The notes: generated from the letters alone by a model not told the origin. Shown: positions 9,125-17,604, numbered from the stretch's first letter. The stretch: 64,000 nt of DNA from Microthrixaceae bacterium (GCA_052386335.1 JBQTKH010000014.1:7741-71740), one strand, 5' to 3'. Numbers and translations are program-made.

Positions 9125-10611
9125 CCCCCACAGGGCGAGGACGAGCGCCACGGGACCCGCAGCTCGTGGTCCTCTACGCGTCCCTGTTCGTCGTGATGGC
9201 CGGCTACGGCAGCACGCTCATCGTCCTCCCGTTCCACACGCAGCGCATCGGCGGGCTCGCCGGCGCGTCGGCCGAGGCGGTGGCGTTCCAGGTGGGCCTG
9301 CTCACGAGCGTCTACGCGCTGGCCCAGCTGCTGGCGGGCCCGTTCGCGGGGCGCCTCGGCGACCGGATCGGCCGGCGGGCCGTCCTGCTCGGCGGCCTCG
9401 CCGGCCTCGCCGCCACCCAGGCGGCGTTCGGGCTCACCACCTCGCTGCGACTCCTGTACGCGCTGCGCTTCCTCGGCGGCCTGGCCACCGCCGGCCTGGT
9501 CGTGGCGGCCACCGCCTACGTCGCTGACCGGACCACCGACCAAGAGCGCACCCATGGCATGGCCTGGTTCGGTACGAGCGTCAGCCTCGGCCTCGTCGCC
9601 GGGCCCGCTATGGCGGGCGTGCTGAGCCGCCCCGGTGTCGACATCGGTGGCGGTGCCTTCCGGATCGATGGCTATTCCATCCCGTTCCTGTTCAGCGCGC
9701 TTCTGACCCTCGGGGTCCTCGCCTACGCCCGCGACCGGCTGAGCGACACGCCGCCACCAACGGCGGTCGCGCCGAACACGATGTCGACACCGGGGGGCAA
9801 CGCGCGGACAGGGCCATCGCTGCGAACCCTGCTCGGTCTCGTCACTGCCGCTCAGTACGGGCTCGCCATCTTCGAGGGCACCTTCGTGCTGTACGCCCGC
9901 GACCGGCTCTCCCTCACCGCGGCCCAGACCAGCCTCGCCTTTGTTGTCTGTGGTGCCGTGATGGCGCTGCTGCAGGTTCCCGCCGCTGGGCTGCTGGCCA
10001 AGCTGGCACCACCGCTCTCACAGGTCGCGATCGGATTCGCCCTCATGGGAACCGGCATCGCCGCCCTGCTGACCACGAGCTCGTACCCGGTGGTGTTGAT
10101 GATGATCGCCGTGCTCGCGGCCGGCGCCGCTCTGGTCATCCCGAACCTCTCTGCTCTTGTGTCCACCGGCGCCCGTGCGAACACCGGCCTTGCGCTGGGC
10201 TGGAAGAGCTCGGCCAGCAGCCTCGGCCAGTTCCTCGGCCCCCTGGTCGGCGGCTCGCTCATCGGCTGGCAGGAAGACCCGCCATTCCTCCTGGCCGGGG
10301 TCATGCTCCTCGCCGTGGCCGCCGGGGTCGCACTCCGCCGCGCCGCGCCAGACCGAAGCCAACGGCGGGCATCGCGGCCCGCCATCGCTCAAGGCGGGCA
10401 GGACGAGGACGACGTGCCCCGCTCGTTGCGGTCCTCTCCGACGCGACCTGGCCCATCGCCCACCCCTGCTGGGCCGACCGGTCGAGCCGGGCTCGGGGGA
10501 TCCTCGATGAGGGCAACCCACGTGATGAGCTCGCCACGGACACCACCACAACTGGTTCGACCAGATCCGCTCGACCCACAGGAGACCTGCCATGACCGAC
10601 ACCCACCATGA
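9121..10611 (+). CDS. MFS transporter, TetA/DHA1-like, with low-complexity C-terminal extension
   Basis: Motif A GRLGDRIGRR; LGLVAGPAMAG; about 12 TM segments. Confidence 0.88.
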   Translation: MTPTGRGRAPRDPQLVVLYASLFVVMAGYGSTLIVLPFHTQRIGGLAGASAEAVAFQVGLLTSVYALAQLLAGPFAGRLGDRIGRRAVLLGGLAGLAATQAAFGLTTSLRLLYALRFLGGLATAGLVVAATAYVADRTTDQERTHGMAWFGTSVSLGLVAGPAMAGVLSRPGVDIGGGAFRIDGYSIPFLFSALLTLGVLAYARDRLSDTPPPTAVAPNTMSTPGGNARTGPSLRTLLGLVTAAQYGLAIFEGTFVLYARDRLSLTAAQTSLAFVVCGAVMALLQVPAAGLLAKLAPPLSQVAIGFALMGTGIAALLTTSSYPVVLMMIAVLAAGAALVIPNLSALVSTGARANTGLALGWKSSASSLGQFLGPLVGGSLIGWQEDPPFLLAGVMLLAVAAGVALRRAAPDRSQRRASRPAIAQGGQDEDDVPRSLRSSPTRPGPSPTPAGPTGRAGLGGSSMRATHVMSSPRTPPQLVRPDPLDPQETCHDRHPP

Positions 10612-10864
10612 CGGCACCACCCAACCGACGACCCCTGACCCGCTCCCGAACCCCGTGAGCAGCCGAATGATGTGGGCCATGATGCTCGGCTGCTGCCTCG
10701 CCATCCCGCTGGCGGTCATCGTCGGAGGTGCCAGCATCGGCGGTATCGCCGGCGCCAACCCCTGGCTGCTCGGCGTCGGCGCCGTCCTGGCCGTCGCGCT
10801 CGTGATCACCCGCCGCATCTCCGCGGGGCAGCGCTGTCAGACCCCGCCAGAGCGAGATGAGTGA
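10592..10864 (+). CDS. Small membrane protein with GCC motif
   Basis: AGGAG RBS; MMWAMMLGCCLAIP; two TM segments. Confidence 0.7.
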   Translation: MTDTHHDGTTQPTTPDPLPNPVSSRMMWAMMLGCCLAIPLAVIVGGASIGGIAGANPWLLGVGAVLAVALVITRRISAGQRCQTPPERDE

Positions 10865-10960
10865 TCACGGCACCACCCCAGGCGATCAGGTTGCGCATCG
10901 CTACGACCGGATCGCCCGGTTCTACGACGCCTTCAAGGTCCCGATGGACCAATCCTGCTC
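10857..10960 (+). pseudogene. N-terminal fragment of a class I SAM-dependent methyltransferase
   Basis: VAHRYDRIARFYDAF resembles UbiE/PmtA-like N-termini; the frame then runs antisense into the cyclase gene and has no motif I. Confidence 0.5.
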
Positions 10961-10968
10961 TGGGCGGG

Positions 10969-11646
10969 CTACGACTCAGGCAGGTAGCGGGCGGGATCGG
11001 CGAGGAACGCTTCGACGCACGCCAGCGAGCAGAACCACAGATCGACATCGCCCCGACGGAGCCGGCCCGCCGCGGACGTGTGCGCGATCTGCATGCGGCA
11101 CACCGGGTCGATGGAGATCGCCTCGACCGGCGGAATCAGCTCGATCTGAAACAGCTCGACAGGCTCGTAGATGTTGCGCAGGTCGAAGCAACCGAGATCG
11201 ACCGTCGGTAATCCGAGATCACGTGCCGCTGACGCCACCCCCGCCGTCGCGAGGGTCTCGCCGCCGGATGCCTGGCTGGCGATCCGGGCTGTGAGGTTGA
11301 CCGTCGCGCCGAACCAGTCGTCGTCTCGCCTGATCGCGGGTCCATGGTGGAGTCCGGCCCGTGGCGCTGGGAGCGTGGAGTCGGCGACGGACGCCTGGAG
11401 CAGCTCGCCAACTGCAACCAGAGCGTCCGTGGGCGAGGCGAAGGCCAGCATGACCGCATCACCGAGGGTCTTCACGAGCTCACCGCGCCGAGCCACTGCG
11501 GACCTCGCGCGGTCGAAGAACGCGCCCACGACGTCGACGGCGGCCTCGTCGCCGTGGACCTCGGTCAGGGCGGTGAACCCCGCCAAGTCAACGAAGGCGA
11601 AGGTACGAACGGTCGCCTCCGAAGCGCTCTGTCTGCTCGCGTCCAC
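10969..11646 (-). CDS. Class III adenylate/guanylate cyclase fused to a YHS domain
   Basis: FVDLAGFT, VKTLGDAVM, DWFGATVNLTARI; DPVCRM...WFCSLAC; GTG 11646 with GAGAGGGG RBS. Confidence 0.9.
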   Translation of the reverse strand: MDASRQSASEATVRTFAFVDLAGFTALTEVHGDEAAVDVVGAFFDRARSAVARRGELVKTLGDAVMLAFASPTDALVAVGELLQASVADSTLPAPRAGLHHGPAIRRDDDWFGATVNLTARIASQASGGETLATAGVASAARDLGLPTVDLGCFDLRNIYEPVELFQIELIPPVEAISIDPVCRMQIAHTSAAGRLRRGDVDLWFCSLACVEAFLADPARYLPES

Positions 11647-11663
11647 GCCAACCCCTCTCGCGA

Positions 11664-11682
11664 CTACGACGCTGCGTCGTAG
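11664..11682. promoter_or_regulatory. Perfect dyad CTACGACGC-T-GCGTCGTAG, candidate operator
   Basis: 9-1-9 palindrome just upstream of the cyclase RBS. Confidence 0.4.
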
Positions 11683-11707
11683 GCATGGTGGCACATGTCG
11701 CCATGCC
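11682..11707 (-). terminator. Possible stem-loop after the 11735-12130 gene
   Basis: GGCATGGTGGCACATGTCGCCATGCC imperfect inverted repeat; no U tract. Confidence 0.3.
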
Positions 11708-11734
11708 AACCCCAACGCCCTCTGGCGTGCCTGA

Positions 11735-12130
11735 CTACTGGGTGGGCCGAGCGAGCATCTGGTCGATGTCGGCTTGATGCTCCTCGAGCGCCTTGATGAA
11801 CGCCGGGTTCTGCGAGTGGTCCAGCTGTGGGTCGCGGATCTGGCCGGTGAACATCGGACCCGACGCGTTGGGTGCGGACATCCGCTGGGTCATCTCGGCG
11901 TCTCGTTGCAGGTTGTCATGATCATCTGCAGGACTCGAGGCGACGGGCGCGCCGGGGGCGGATGTGACGCTTGTCGAAGAGGTCCCCGTCGTCGGGGTCG
12001 AGGTCACCGCGGCCTGCGAGGCCGGCGCGGGCGGTGCGCCGTCGCTCGTGCTCACCGATATGCCGAGGATCAACGCTGACCACAACGCCAGGCCCACGAG
12101 CAACCGTTTCAGCGTACGCATCTCGACCAT
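11735..12130 (-). CDS. Secreted hypothetical protein with Ser/Thr/Pro linker and His/Met-containing C-terminal domain
   Basis: GGAGG RBS; signal-peptide-like N-terminus. Confidence 0.7.
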   Translation of the reverse strand: MVEMRTLKRLLVGLALWSALILGISVSTSDGAPPAPASQAAVTSTPTTGTSSTSVTSAPGAPVASSPADDHDNLQRDAEMTQRMSAPNASGPMFTGQIRDPQLDHSQNPAFIKALEEHQADIDQMLARPTQ

Positions 12131-12407
12131 GCTGGGACCTCCGTCTCCATTCGAGCGTCGCGCCGTCGCTGAGATCCGACATCGATGCGATCTACGGATC
12201 GTGCGTGCGGCAGATCCGAAACCGTGGTCTCGCCGAGTCGTAGCTCAGCGTGGCGCACCGAACGAGCGAATCCCGCCGAAGGAGATCCGTGTCGGCGATG
12301 CATGCATCGACCGGGCCTACCGAACGACAAATGGAGACCAACCCGACCGGGTCCGCGTCGCAACGAGCATCCGGGTCTCGAGGCTCGTGGATTGACAGAC
12401 TTGCGAT

Positions 12408-12524
12408 GTGGAGATCCTCTGCGCGGAATGTGGCTGCCTCGTTGAGCGCGGCGTGATCGTGAGGCTGTGTGATCGCCATCCGGATTGTTGCTGTGGCGAG
12501 GTGCCCATCCGTCCGGCGGAGTAG
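12408..12524 (+). CDS. 38-aa Cys-rich peptide, metallothionein-like candidate
   Basis: Manual translation MEILCAECGCLVERGVIVRLCDRHPDCCCGEVPIRPAE*; below the ORF-track size cutoff. Confidence 0.55.
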   Translation: MEILCAECGCLVERGVIVRLCDRHPDCCCGEVPIRPAE

Positions 12525-12553
12525 CCGGCGACCACGTCGAGGACAAGCCACTC

Positions 12554-12784
12554 ATGACCGTCGTGGTCAAGGACATCTTCATGAGATGACCTCCTAGGTC
12601 ACCCTCATCGTGAGCTCATGAGCCCCCGGGCACCCGAGGCGGTGGTCCCGAGTCCGTGTGACCAAGGGTTGGCGACACCGCCGAAGGCGGCCTTCGCGCC
12701 GATGAACCCGGCCGCTACACCTACTACCGCTCCATCGCGGGCCACCGGGCCGCCGGCATGGAAGGCACGTTGGTGGTCGAATGA
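12554..12784 (+). pseudogene. Degraded cupredoxin/plastocyanin-like gene
   Basis: One frame gives MTVVVKDIF...(stops)...EPGRYTYYRSIAGHRAAGMEGTLVVE*; the Cu-ligand Cys position reads CGC (Arg). Confidence 0.75.
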
Positions 12785-12926
12785 ACGTGAGCGACCGCGG
12801 GTTGGCGGGTGACCGGGTGCGGGACCACGAGCTGCCAGGACATGACCTTCGGCCCTGGGCGTCATGGGGTCGCCCCGGGTTCAATCAAGGCAAGCACCCG
12901 ATGACCGATCCCGAGGAGACGCAGCG

Positions 12927-13154
12927 ATGATGTGGTGGAACGGCAGCTGGGCATGGGCATGGCTGGTCATGGTCCCGATGATGGTTCTCATGTGGGCGCT
13001 CATCGCCCTGGTGGTCATCCCGTGGGCCCGTCATGCCAGTGACAGTGGTCGCCCGGTCTCGCCGCTCGAGCGACTCGACGGGCGCCTCGCGACCGGGGAC
13101 ATCGACGTGGACGAGTACCGGATCCGCCGCGCCGAGCTCGAGCACCACGCATGA
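12927..13154 (+). CDS. SHOCT-domain membrane protein
   Basis: GAGGAG RBS; TM segment then PLERLDGRLATGDIDVDEYRIRRAEL. Confidence 0.85.
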   Translation: MMWWNGSWAWAWLVMVPMMVLMWALIALVVIPWARHASDSGRPVSPLERLDGRLATGDIDVDEYRIRRAELEHHA

Positions 13155-13555
13155 GCACGCACCCGATGCTCCGCTGGAGGATGGCCACTGCAGTCCTGGC
13201 CGTCGGCGTCGCGGTCACGTTGGCGGCGTGCGGAGGAGACGACTCATCCAACGGTGACACGGGCACGATGCTGCGCGACAACGGCATCGAGATGCGCGAC
13301 GGCGGCCAGATGATGATGGACAACGGCCAGCAGATGATGACCGACGGCCAATCGATGATGGACGGCGGTCGGGTGATGATGGATCGGGGCGAAGCGCTCG
13401 CCGACACGGACATGGCCGACCGAGGCCAGCAGATGATGACCGACGGCCAATCGATGATGGACGCCGGACAGCAGATGATGGACGGCGGCGAGACGATGAT
13501 GGGCAACGGCCAACAGATGATGGAAACGGGCAGCGGCATGATGGGAAGCGGCTAG
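13151..13555 (+). CDS. Met-rich heptad-repeat lipoprotein
   Basis: Lipobox LAAC; ten GxxMMxx repeats; ATGA coupling. Confidence 0.85.
   Translation: MSTHPMLRWRMATAVLAVGVAVTLAACGGDDSSNGDTGTMLRDNGIEMRDGGQMMMDNGQQMMTDGQSMMDGGRVMMDRGEALADTDMADRGQQMMTDGQSMMDAGQQMMDGGETMMGNGQQMMETGSGMMGSG
13325..13463 (+). repeat. Exact 40-bp direct repeat (13325-13364 and 13424-13463) within a 21-bp periodic coding repeat
   Basis: GGCCAGCAGATGATGACCGACGGCCAATCGATGATGGACG occurs twice, 99 bp apart. Confidence 0.9.
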
Positions 13556-13606
13556 CCAGCGGACGACCTGCACCCCTCGTTCTCGCTCGAGACGTCACCC
13601 GCGGGC

Positions 13607-14086
13607 GTGTCCGAGGAGGAAGTCGATCGTGGTGTCGATGGCGGCCGGAGAGATGGAGTGGTGGTTCTGCTGCCGCTGGCAGCCGTCGCAACGCTCGTTT
13701 GCGCGGTGGTGCCGCGGGCCCGACGGCACTACGCGCCGGTGGCGCTCGGGTTGGCCTTCGTGGCCACGCTCGCCGTGGGATTGGCGCAAGGTTCGGGCGA
13801 GGAGCTGGAGGAGAAGGTCGACGAGACGGAGCTGGTCGAGGAGCATGCCGAGCAGGGTGAGCGGGTCCTTCCGTGGGCGATCGCAGTCACGGTCGCAGCG
13901 ATGGCGGTGACTGCTGTTCCCGTGTTGGTGAGGCGCCGCCCGACGATGCCGGCTCGGGCAGTCACTGCGGCGGTGGTCGCGGTTTCCCTCGTCGCCGGTG
14001 CGGGCGCGACATGGACCGTCGTCGAGGTCGGTCATAGCGGCGCCAAGGCGACATGGGACGACGTCGCCGACGACGATGGCGGCTGA
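13607..14086 (+). CDS. DUF2231-like membrane protein, probably N-terminally truncated
   Basis: VVVLLPLAA, EEHAEQG, VGHSGAKATW; the usual HPxxVH N-terminus is absent. Confidence 0.6.
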   Translation: MSEEEVDRGVDGGRRDGVVVLLPLAAVATLVCAVVPRARRHYAPVALGLAFVATLAVGLAQGSGEELEEKVDETELVEEHAEQGERVLPWAIAVTVAAMAVTAVPVLVRRRPTMPARAVTAAVVAVSLVAGAGATWTVVEVGHSGAKATWDDVADDDGG

Positions 14087-14210
14087 GGCTTCATCCGGGC
14101 GTCCCGGGCGGACATCGCGCAAGGCGACGGGCGTTCGGCTCGGCATGGCTGACGGCGAGCGCGCCGGCTTGGTGGAGCGGACGGACTGACCGTCGTGCCA
14201 TGCTCCCGCG

Positions 14211-15236
14211 ATGACTCACGAGAACGAGCTCACGGTGGCGGTCGACCTCTGCACCCCCGACGGTGGACGCCTCAATCGCGAGGCGCTCGGCTGGTCACGC
14301 CGCCCGCTGCACCGGGCGAACCTGATCGGCGAGTTCGGTGTCAACAAGAAGTGGGACTACTGGGCGATCCTCGCGGGAGACCTCGTGATCTCCGCGGTCT
14401 ACGCCGACGTCGACCACCTCGGACTCGCGGACGTCTGGTGGGCCGACCTGGCCACCGGGACGAGCGGGGGTGCAGGCATCGTGACCGTCGGGAACGACGA
14501 GTTCGACCTACCGGAGCGACCTGGCACCGCGCCACTGCGCATCGCTCGCGACGGCCTGGATCTCGCGTTCGTCGATGACGAGGCGGGAACCCACCTCACG
14601 GCGAGCTGGACCGAGCCGGACGGACGGCCCGGTGAGCTGGCTGCACTCGTCGCCGCGCCCGCCGGCCACGAGTCGCTGAACGTCGTGATCCCGTGGAGCG
14701 ACCAGCGCTTCAACTTCACCTCGAAGCACCAGGCACGGCCGGCGGAGGGGACACTGGTCGTCGGTGACCGCACGTGGAGGTTCGGTGGACCTGTCGGCGA
14801 CGCGTGGGGCGTGCTCGACGTCGGTCGCGGCCGCTGGCCATCGGAGATCACGTGGAACTGGGGCGGAGGGGCGGGCCGCGCTGGTACGCACGTCGTGGGC
14901 TTGCAGTTCGGTGCGAAGTGGACCGAAGGCTCGGGGTACACCGAGAACGGGATCATCGTCGACGGGCGGCTGACGAAGATCGGGCGGGAGCTCGACTGGC
15001 AGTACGACTGGGACCAGCCGCTCGCGCCGTGGCGCGTCGTGGACCCGGGCGGGCAGATCGACGTCACGCTCGCTCCCCGGTACGACAAGCACACACAGCT
15101 ACCGGGACGGGACAAGGGAAGCGAGACGCATCAGGTGTTCGGGACGTGGTCCGGGCACGTGCGAACCGACGAGGGCGTCGAGCTCTCCTTCGACGGCCTT
15201 CAAGGCTTCGCGGAGGAGGCGCGTCAGGAGTGGTGA
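14211..15236 (+). CDS. DUF2804 family protein
   Basis: GWSRRP, KKWDYW, LDVGRGRWP, ENGIIVDG, HQVFG, GFAEE. Confidence 0.85.
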   Translation: MTHENELTVAVDLCTPDGGRLNREALGWSRRPLHRANLIGEFGVNKKWDYWAILAGDLVISAVYADVDHLGLADVWWADLATGTSGGAGIVTVGNDEFDLPERPGTAPLRIARDGLDLAFVDDEAGTHLTASWTEPDGRPGELAALVAAPAGHESLNVVIPWSDQRFNFTSKHQARPAEGTLVVGDRTWRFGGPVGDAWGVLDVGRGRWPSEITWNWGGGAGRAGTHVVGLQFGAKWTEGSGYTENGIIVDGRLTKIGRELDWQYDWDQPLAPWRVVDPGGQIDVTLAPRYDKHTQLPGRDKGSETHQVFGTWSGHVRTDEGVELSFDGLQGFAEEARQEW

Positions 15237-15264
15237 CCGGTGACAGGCGACGGAGCAGCGCCGG

Positions 15265-15843
15265 TCATGGCCGCCCGGTCGGTGCGGAGGGCTTCTCCAG
15301 GTCGATGGTGATGTGCACGACCCCGGACTCGACGCCCTCGGTCGTGGCGCCAGCGCGGTCGAACACGGCGAGCATCGGCCGGTTGTGGGCGAGGGTGTCG
15401 GCCACGAGCCGGGTGATGCCTGCTTCCCGCGCCCGCTTCGCCAGGTGTTCGAGCAGGATCGTGCCCAGGCCCCGACCCTGCCAGCTGTCGGCGACCACGA
15501 ACGCGATCTCCGCGTCGACGCCGGCGCTGTCGTCGCCGAGGCGGTCGTAGCGGCCGACGCCGATGATCTCTCCGTCGCGCACGGCGATGATCGCTTCGCG
15601 CTCGCGGTGGTCGACATGGGTGAACCGATCGAGCTCCTTGGGGCTGAGCTCGGGGTGAAAGGCGAAGAATCGCCGGTAGGTGGTGTCGGGCGACAGCGAC
15701 TTGTGGAAGCGAACCAGCCGCGCGGCGTCCGCTGGGCGCATGGCGACCAGGTCGACCGCGGTGCCGTCGCGCAGCCGAGCGGAGGCGGCCACCTCCACGC
15801 CGTCATCCGCATGGTCGTCAGGGTCGTCAGGAGCGTCGTTCAA
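15265..15843 (-). CDS. GNAT N-acetyltransferase (Pat-type GNAT domain)
   Basis: LRDG, LSPDTTYRRFF, AEIAFVVADSWQGRGLG, NRPMLAVF; start uncertain. Confidence 0.88.
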   Translation of the reverse strand: MNDAPDDPDDHADDGVEVAASARLRDGTAVDLVAMRPADAARLVRFHKSLSPDTTYRRFFAFHPELSPKELDRFTHVDHREREAIIAVRDGEIIGVGRYDRLGDDSAGVDAEIAFVVADSWQGRGLGTILLEHLAKRAREAGITRLVADTLAHNRPMLAVFDRAGATTEGVESGVVHITIDLEKPSAPTGRP

Positions 15844-15942
15844 CGTGGCGCACCTCCGCTGTGGTGACAAGACCGTACGACGCGGACGTCGGCGTTGTCG
15901 GCGCCATCGGGCCGGGCCATCGTCCTGTGCGATGCTCGGGCG

Positions 15943-17220
15943 ATGACGGAATCGCCGACTGCGGGGCCGCCCGAGGCGGTGCTCGAGCTCATCGCCGACG
16001 ATGCCGATCTGATCGTGCCGCTCGCGAATGGTGAGCCGATCACGGTCCTCGATGCCATCGAGGCGAGCGCGACCCGCTACCGGGGCGTACGAGTGCATCA
16101 GATGCATGCCCTCCACGATCGCCCCTACCTCCACGGGTCGGTGCGCGACCACCTGCTGCACGTGTCCTACTTCTTGTCGGCCGTTACCCGCCCTGCGTAT
16201 CACGAGCGCGGCTGCGAGCTGGTGCCCGCCAACTTCAGCGAGGTTCCGAGGTTGCTGCGTCAGACCACCAAGTGCTCACTGGTGCTCGCCGCCGCGGCCC
16301 CGATGGACCGCCACGGCTACTTCTCGCTCGGCACCAACGCCGACTACGCAGCGGCGTTCATCGGCGAGGTGCCCTGGTTCCTCGAGGTCAACGCACGCAT
16401 GCCGCGCACCTTCGGCGGCAACCAGATCCACGTCAGCCAGGTCGCCGGCTGGACCGAGGTGGACAGGCCGCTCATCGAGGTTCCCTCGCCGGCGCCAACC
16501 GAGATCGACGCGCGCATCGCGACACAGGTCGCCGAACGGGTCCCCGACGGCGCGACCATCCAGATCGGCATCGGCTCCATCCCCAACGCCCTCCTCCGGG
16601 GGCTCGCCAACCACCGCGACCTCGGCGTTCACACCGAGCTGCTCTCGGATGCGCTCGTGCCGCTGATCGAGGGAGGGGTGGTCACGGGAGCCCGCAAGCG
16701 ACTCGCTCCGGGCAAGGTCGTCGCCACCTTCGCGCTCGGCACGCAGCCTCTCTACGACTTCCTCCATGAGAACGATGTCGTCGCACTGCTGCCCGTGGAC
16801 CACGTCAACGATGCCCGGGTCATCGGGGAGGAGGATTGCTTCGTGTCGATCAACGCCACCACCGAGGTCGACCTGGTCGGGCAGTGCGCATCGGAGACCG
16901 TGGCGGGGCGCTACTGGTCGGGAAGCGGCGGCCAAGCGGACTTCGCTCGGGGTGCGATGTACTCCCCGCACGGCATGGCGTTCGTGGTGCTGCCCTCGAC
17001 GGCGGCGAACGGCAGCATCTCGCGGATCAGGGCCACCCTCACGCCGGGATCGATCGTGACGACGCTGAAGAACACCGTCGACCACATCGTCACCGAGTTC
17101 GGCGTCGCCGACATGCGAGGCCGGTCGATCTCGCAGCGTGCGGCCGCGCTCATCGGCATCGCGCATCCCCAGTTCCGCGAGGAGCTCGCTTCCGACGCGC
17201 GACGGCTCGGGCTCGTTTGA
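15943..17220 (+). CDS. Acetyl-CoA hydrolase/transferase (4-hydroxybutyrate CoA-transferase-like)
   Basis: QIGIGSIP, LGVHTE, SGSGGQADF, VTEFGVA, IAHPQFR. Confidence 0.92.
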   Translation: MTESPTAGPPEAVLELIADDADLIVPLANGEPITVLDAIEASATRYRGVRVHQMHALHDRPYLHGSVRDHLLHVSYFLSAVTRPAYHERGCELVPANFSEVPRLLRQTTKCSLVLAAAAPMDRHGYFSLGTNADYAAAFIGEVPWFLEVNARMPRTFGGNQIHVSQVAGWTEVDRPLIEVPSPAPTEIDARIATQVAERVPDGATIQIGIGSIPNALLRGLANHRDLGVHTELLSDALVPLIEGGVVTGARKRLAPGKVVATFALGTQPLYDFLHENDVVALLPVDHVNDARVIGEEDCFVSINATTEVDLVGQCASETVAGRYWSGSGGQADFARGAMYSPHGMAFVVLPSTAANGSISRIRATLTPGSIVTTLKNTVDHIVTEFGVADMRGRSISQRAAALIGIAHPQFREELASDARRLGLV

Positions 17221-17259
17221 CGCGGGGTGCTGTGCAGCCAGATGGTCACGTGACCGACG

Positions 17260-17604
17260 TCAGTGGCGGGAGCGCTCGGATAGGAGGCAGACGCCGAGGT
17301 CCATCAGGCCGGGAACGCACGGATCGATGATCCGGTAGAGCACCCGCTGGCCCTCGCGCCGTGCGTGAACGATTCGTTGGTCGGCGAGGCGTTGGAGCTG
17401 GTTGGACACCGCCTGCGGACTGGCGCCGACGGTGTCGGCGAGCTCAGAGGGGCCGACTTCACCCGCGAGGTGGATGGCCTGCAGGATCCTCAACCGGTTG
17501 CGGTTGGCGAGGACCTTGAACAGCGCCTCGAGCTCGGTGGCGGACGCGTCGCCGAGGAGCTCGCCATCGAGGTGGGGGAAGGGGTGGGTGCGGGTCTTGG
17601 CCAT
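17260..17604 (-). CDS. ArsR/SmtB-family regulator
   Basis: FKVLANRNRLRIL, AVSNQLQRL, RREGQRVLYRI; ATG 17604 has GGAG RBS. Confidence 0.9.
   Translation of the reverse strand: MAKTRTHPFPHLDGELLGDASATELEALFKVLANRNRLRILQAIHLAGEVGPSELADTVGASPQAVSNQLQRLADQRIVHARREGQRVLYRIIDPCVPGLMDLGVCLLSERSRH

Noticed and set aside
10350..10611. MFS C-terminal tail as a distinct domain
   Set aside because: Low-complexity Pro/Arg sequence overlapping the next gene; more likely read-through after a lost stop
12231..12280. tRNA-like words GTAGCTCAG and CGAATCCCGCC
   Set aside because: No anticodon arm, no GTTC T-loop and no pairing acceptor stem; too short for a tRNA
12392..12397. Consensus TTGACA as the promoter of the Cys-rich peptide
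   Set aside because: Only 10 nt upstream of the start, with no matching -10 at 16-18 nt spacing
13015..13539. Antisense ORF with IICWP repeats
   Set aside because: It is the reverse complement of the Met-rich repeat; the plus strand has the lipobox and the coupling
13270..13550. 21-bp periodicity as a CRISPR or non-coding array
   Set aside because: In-frame coding heptads, no unique spacers and no cas genes
1..14086. Copper island as a defined mobile element
   Set aside because: No integrase, transposase, att site or terminal repeat is visible in the window
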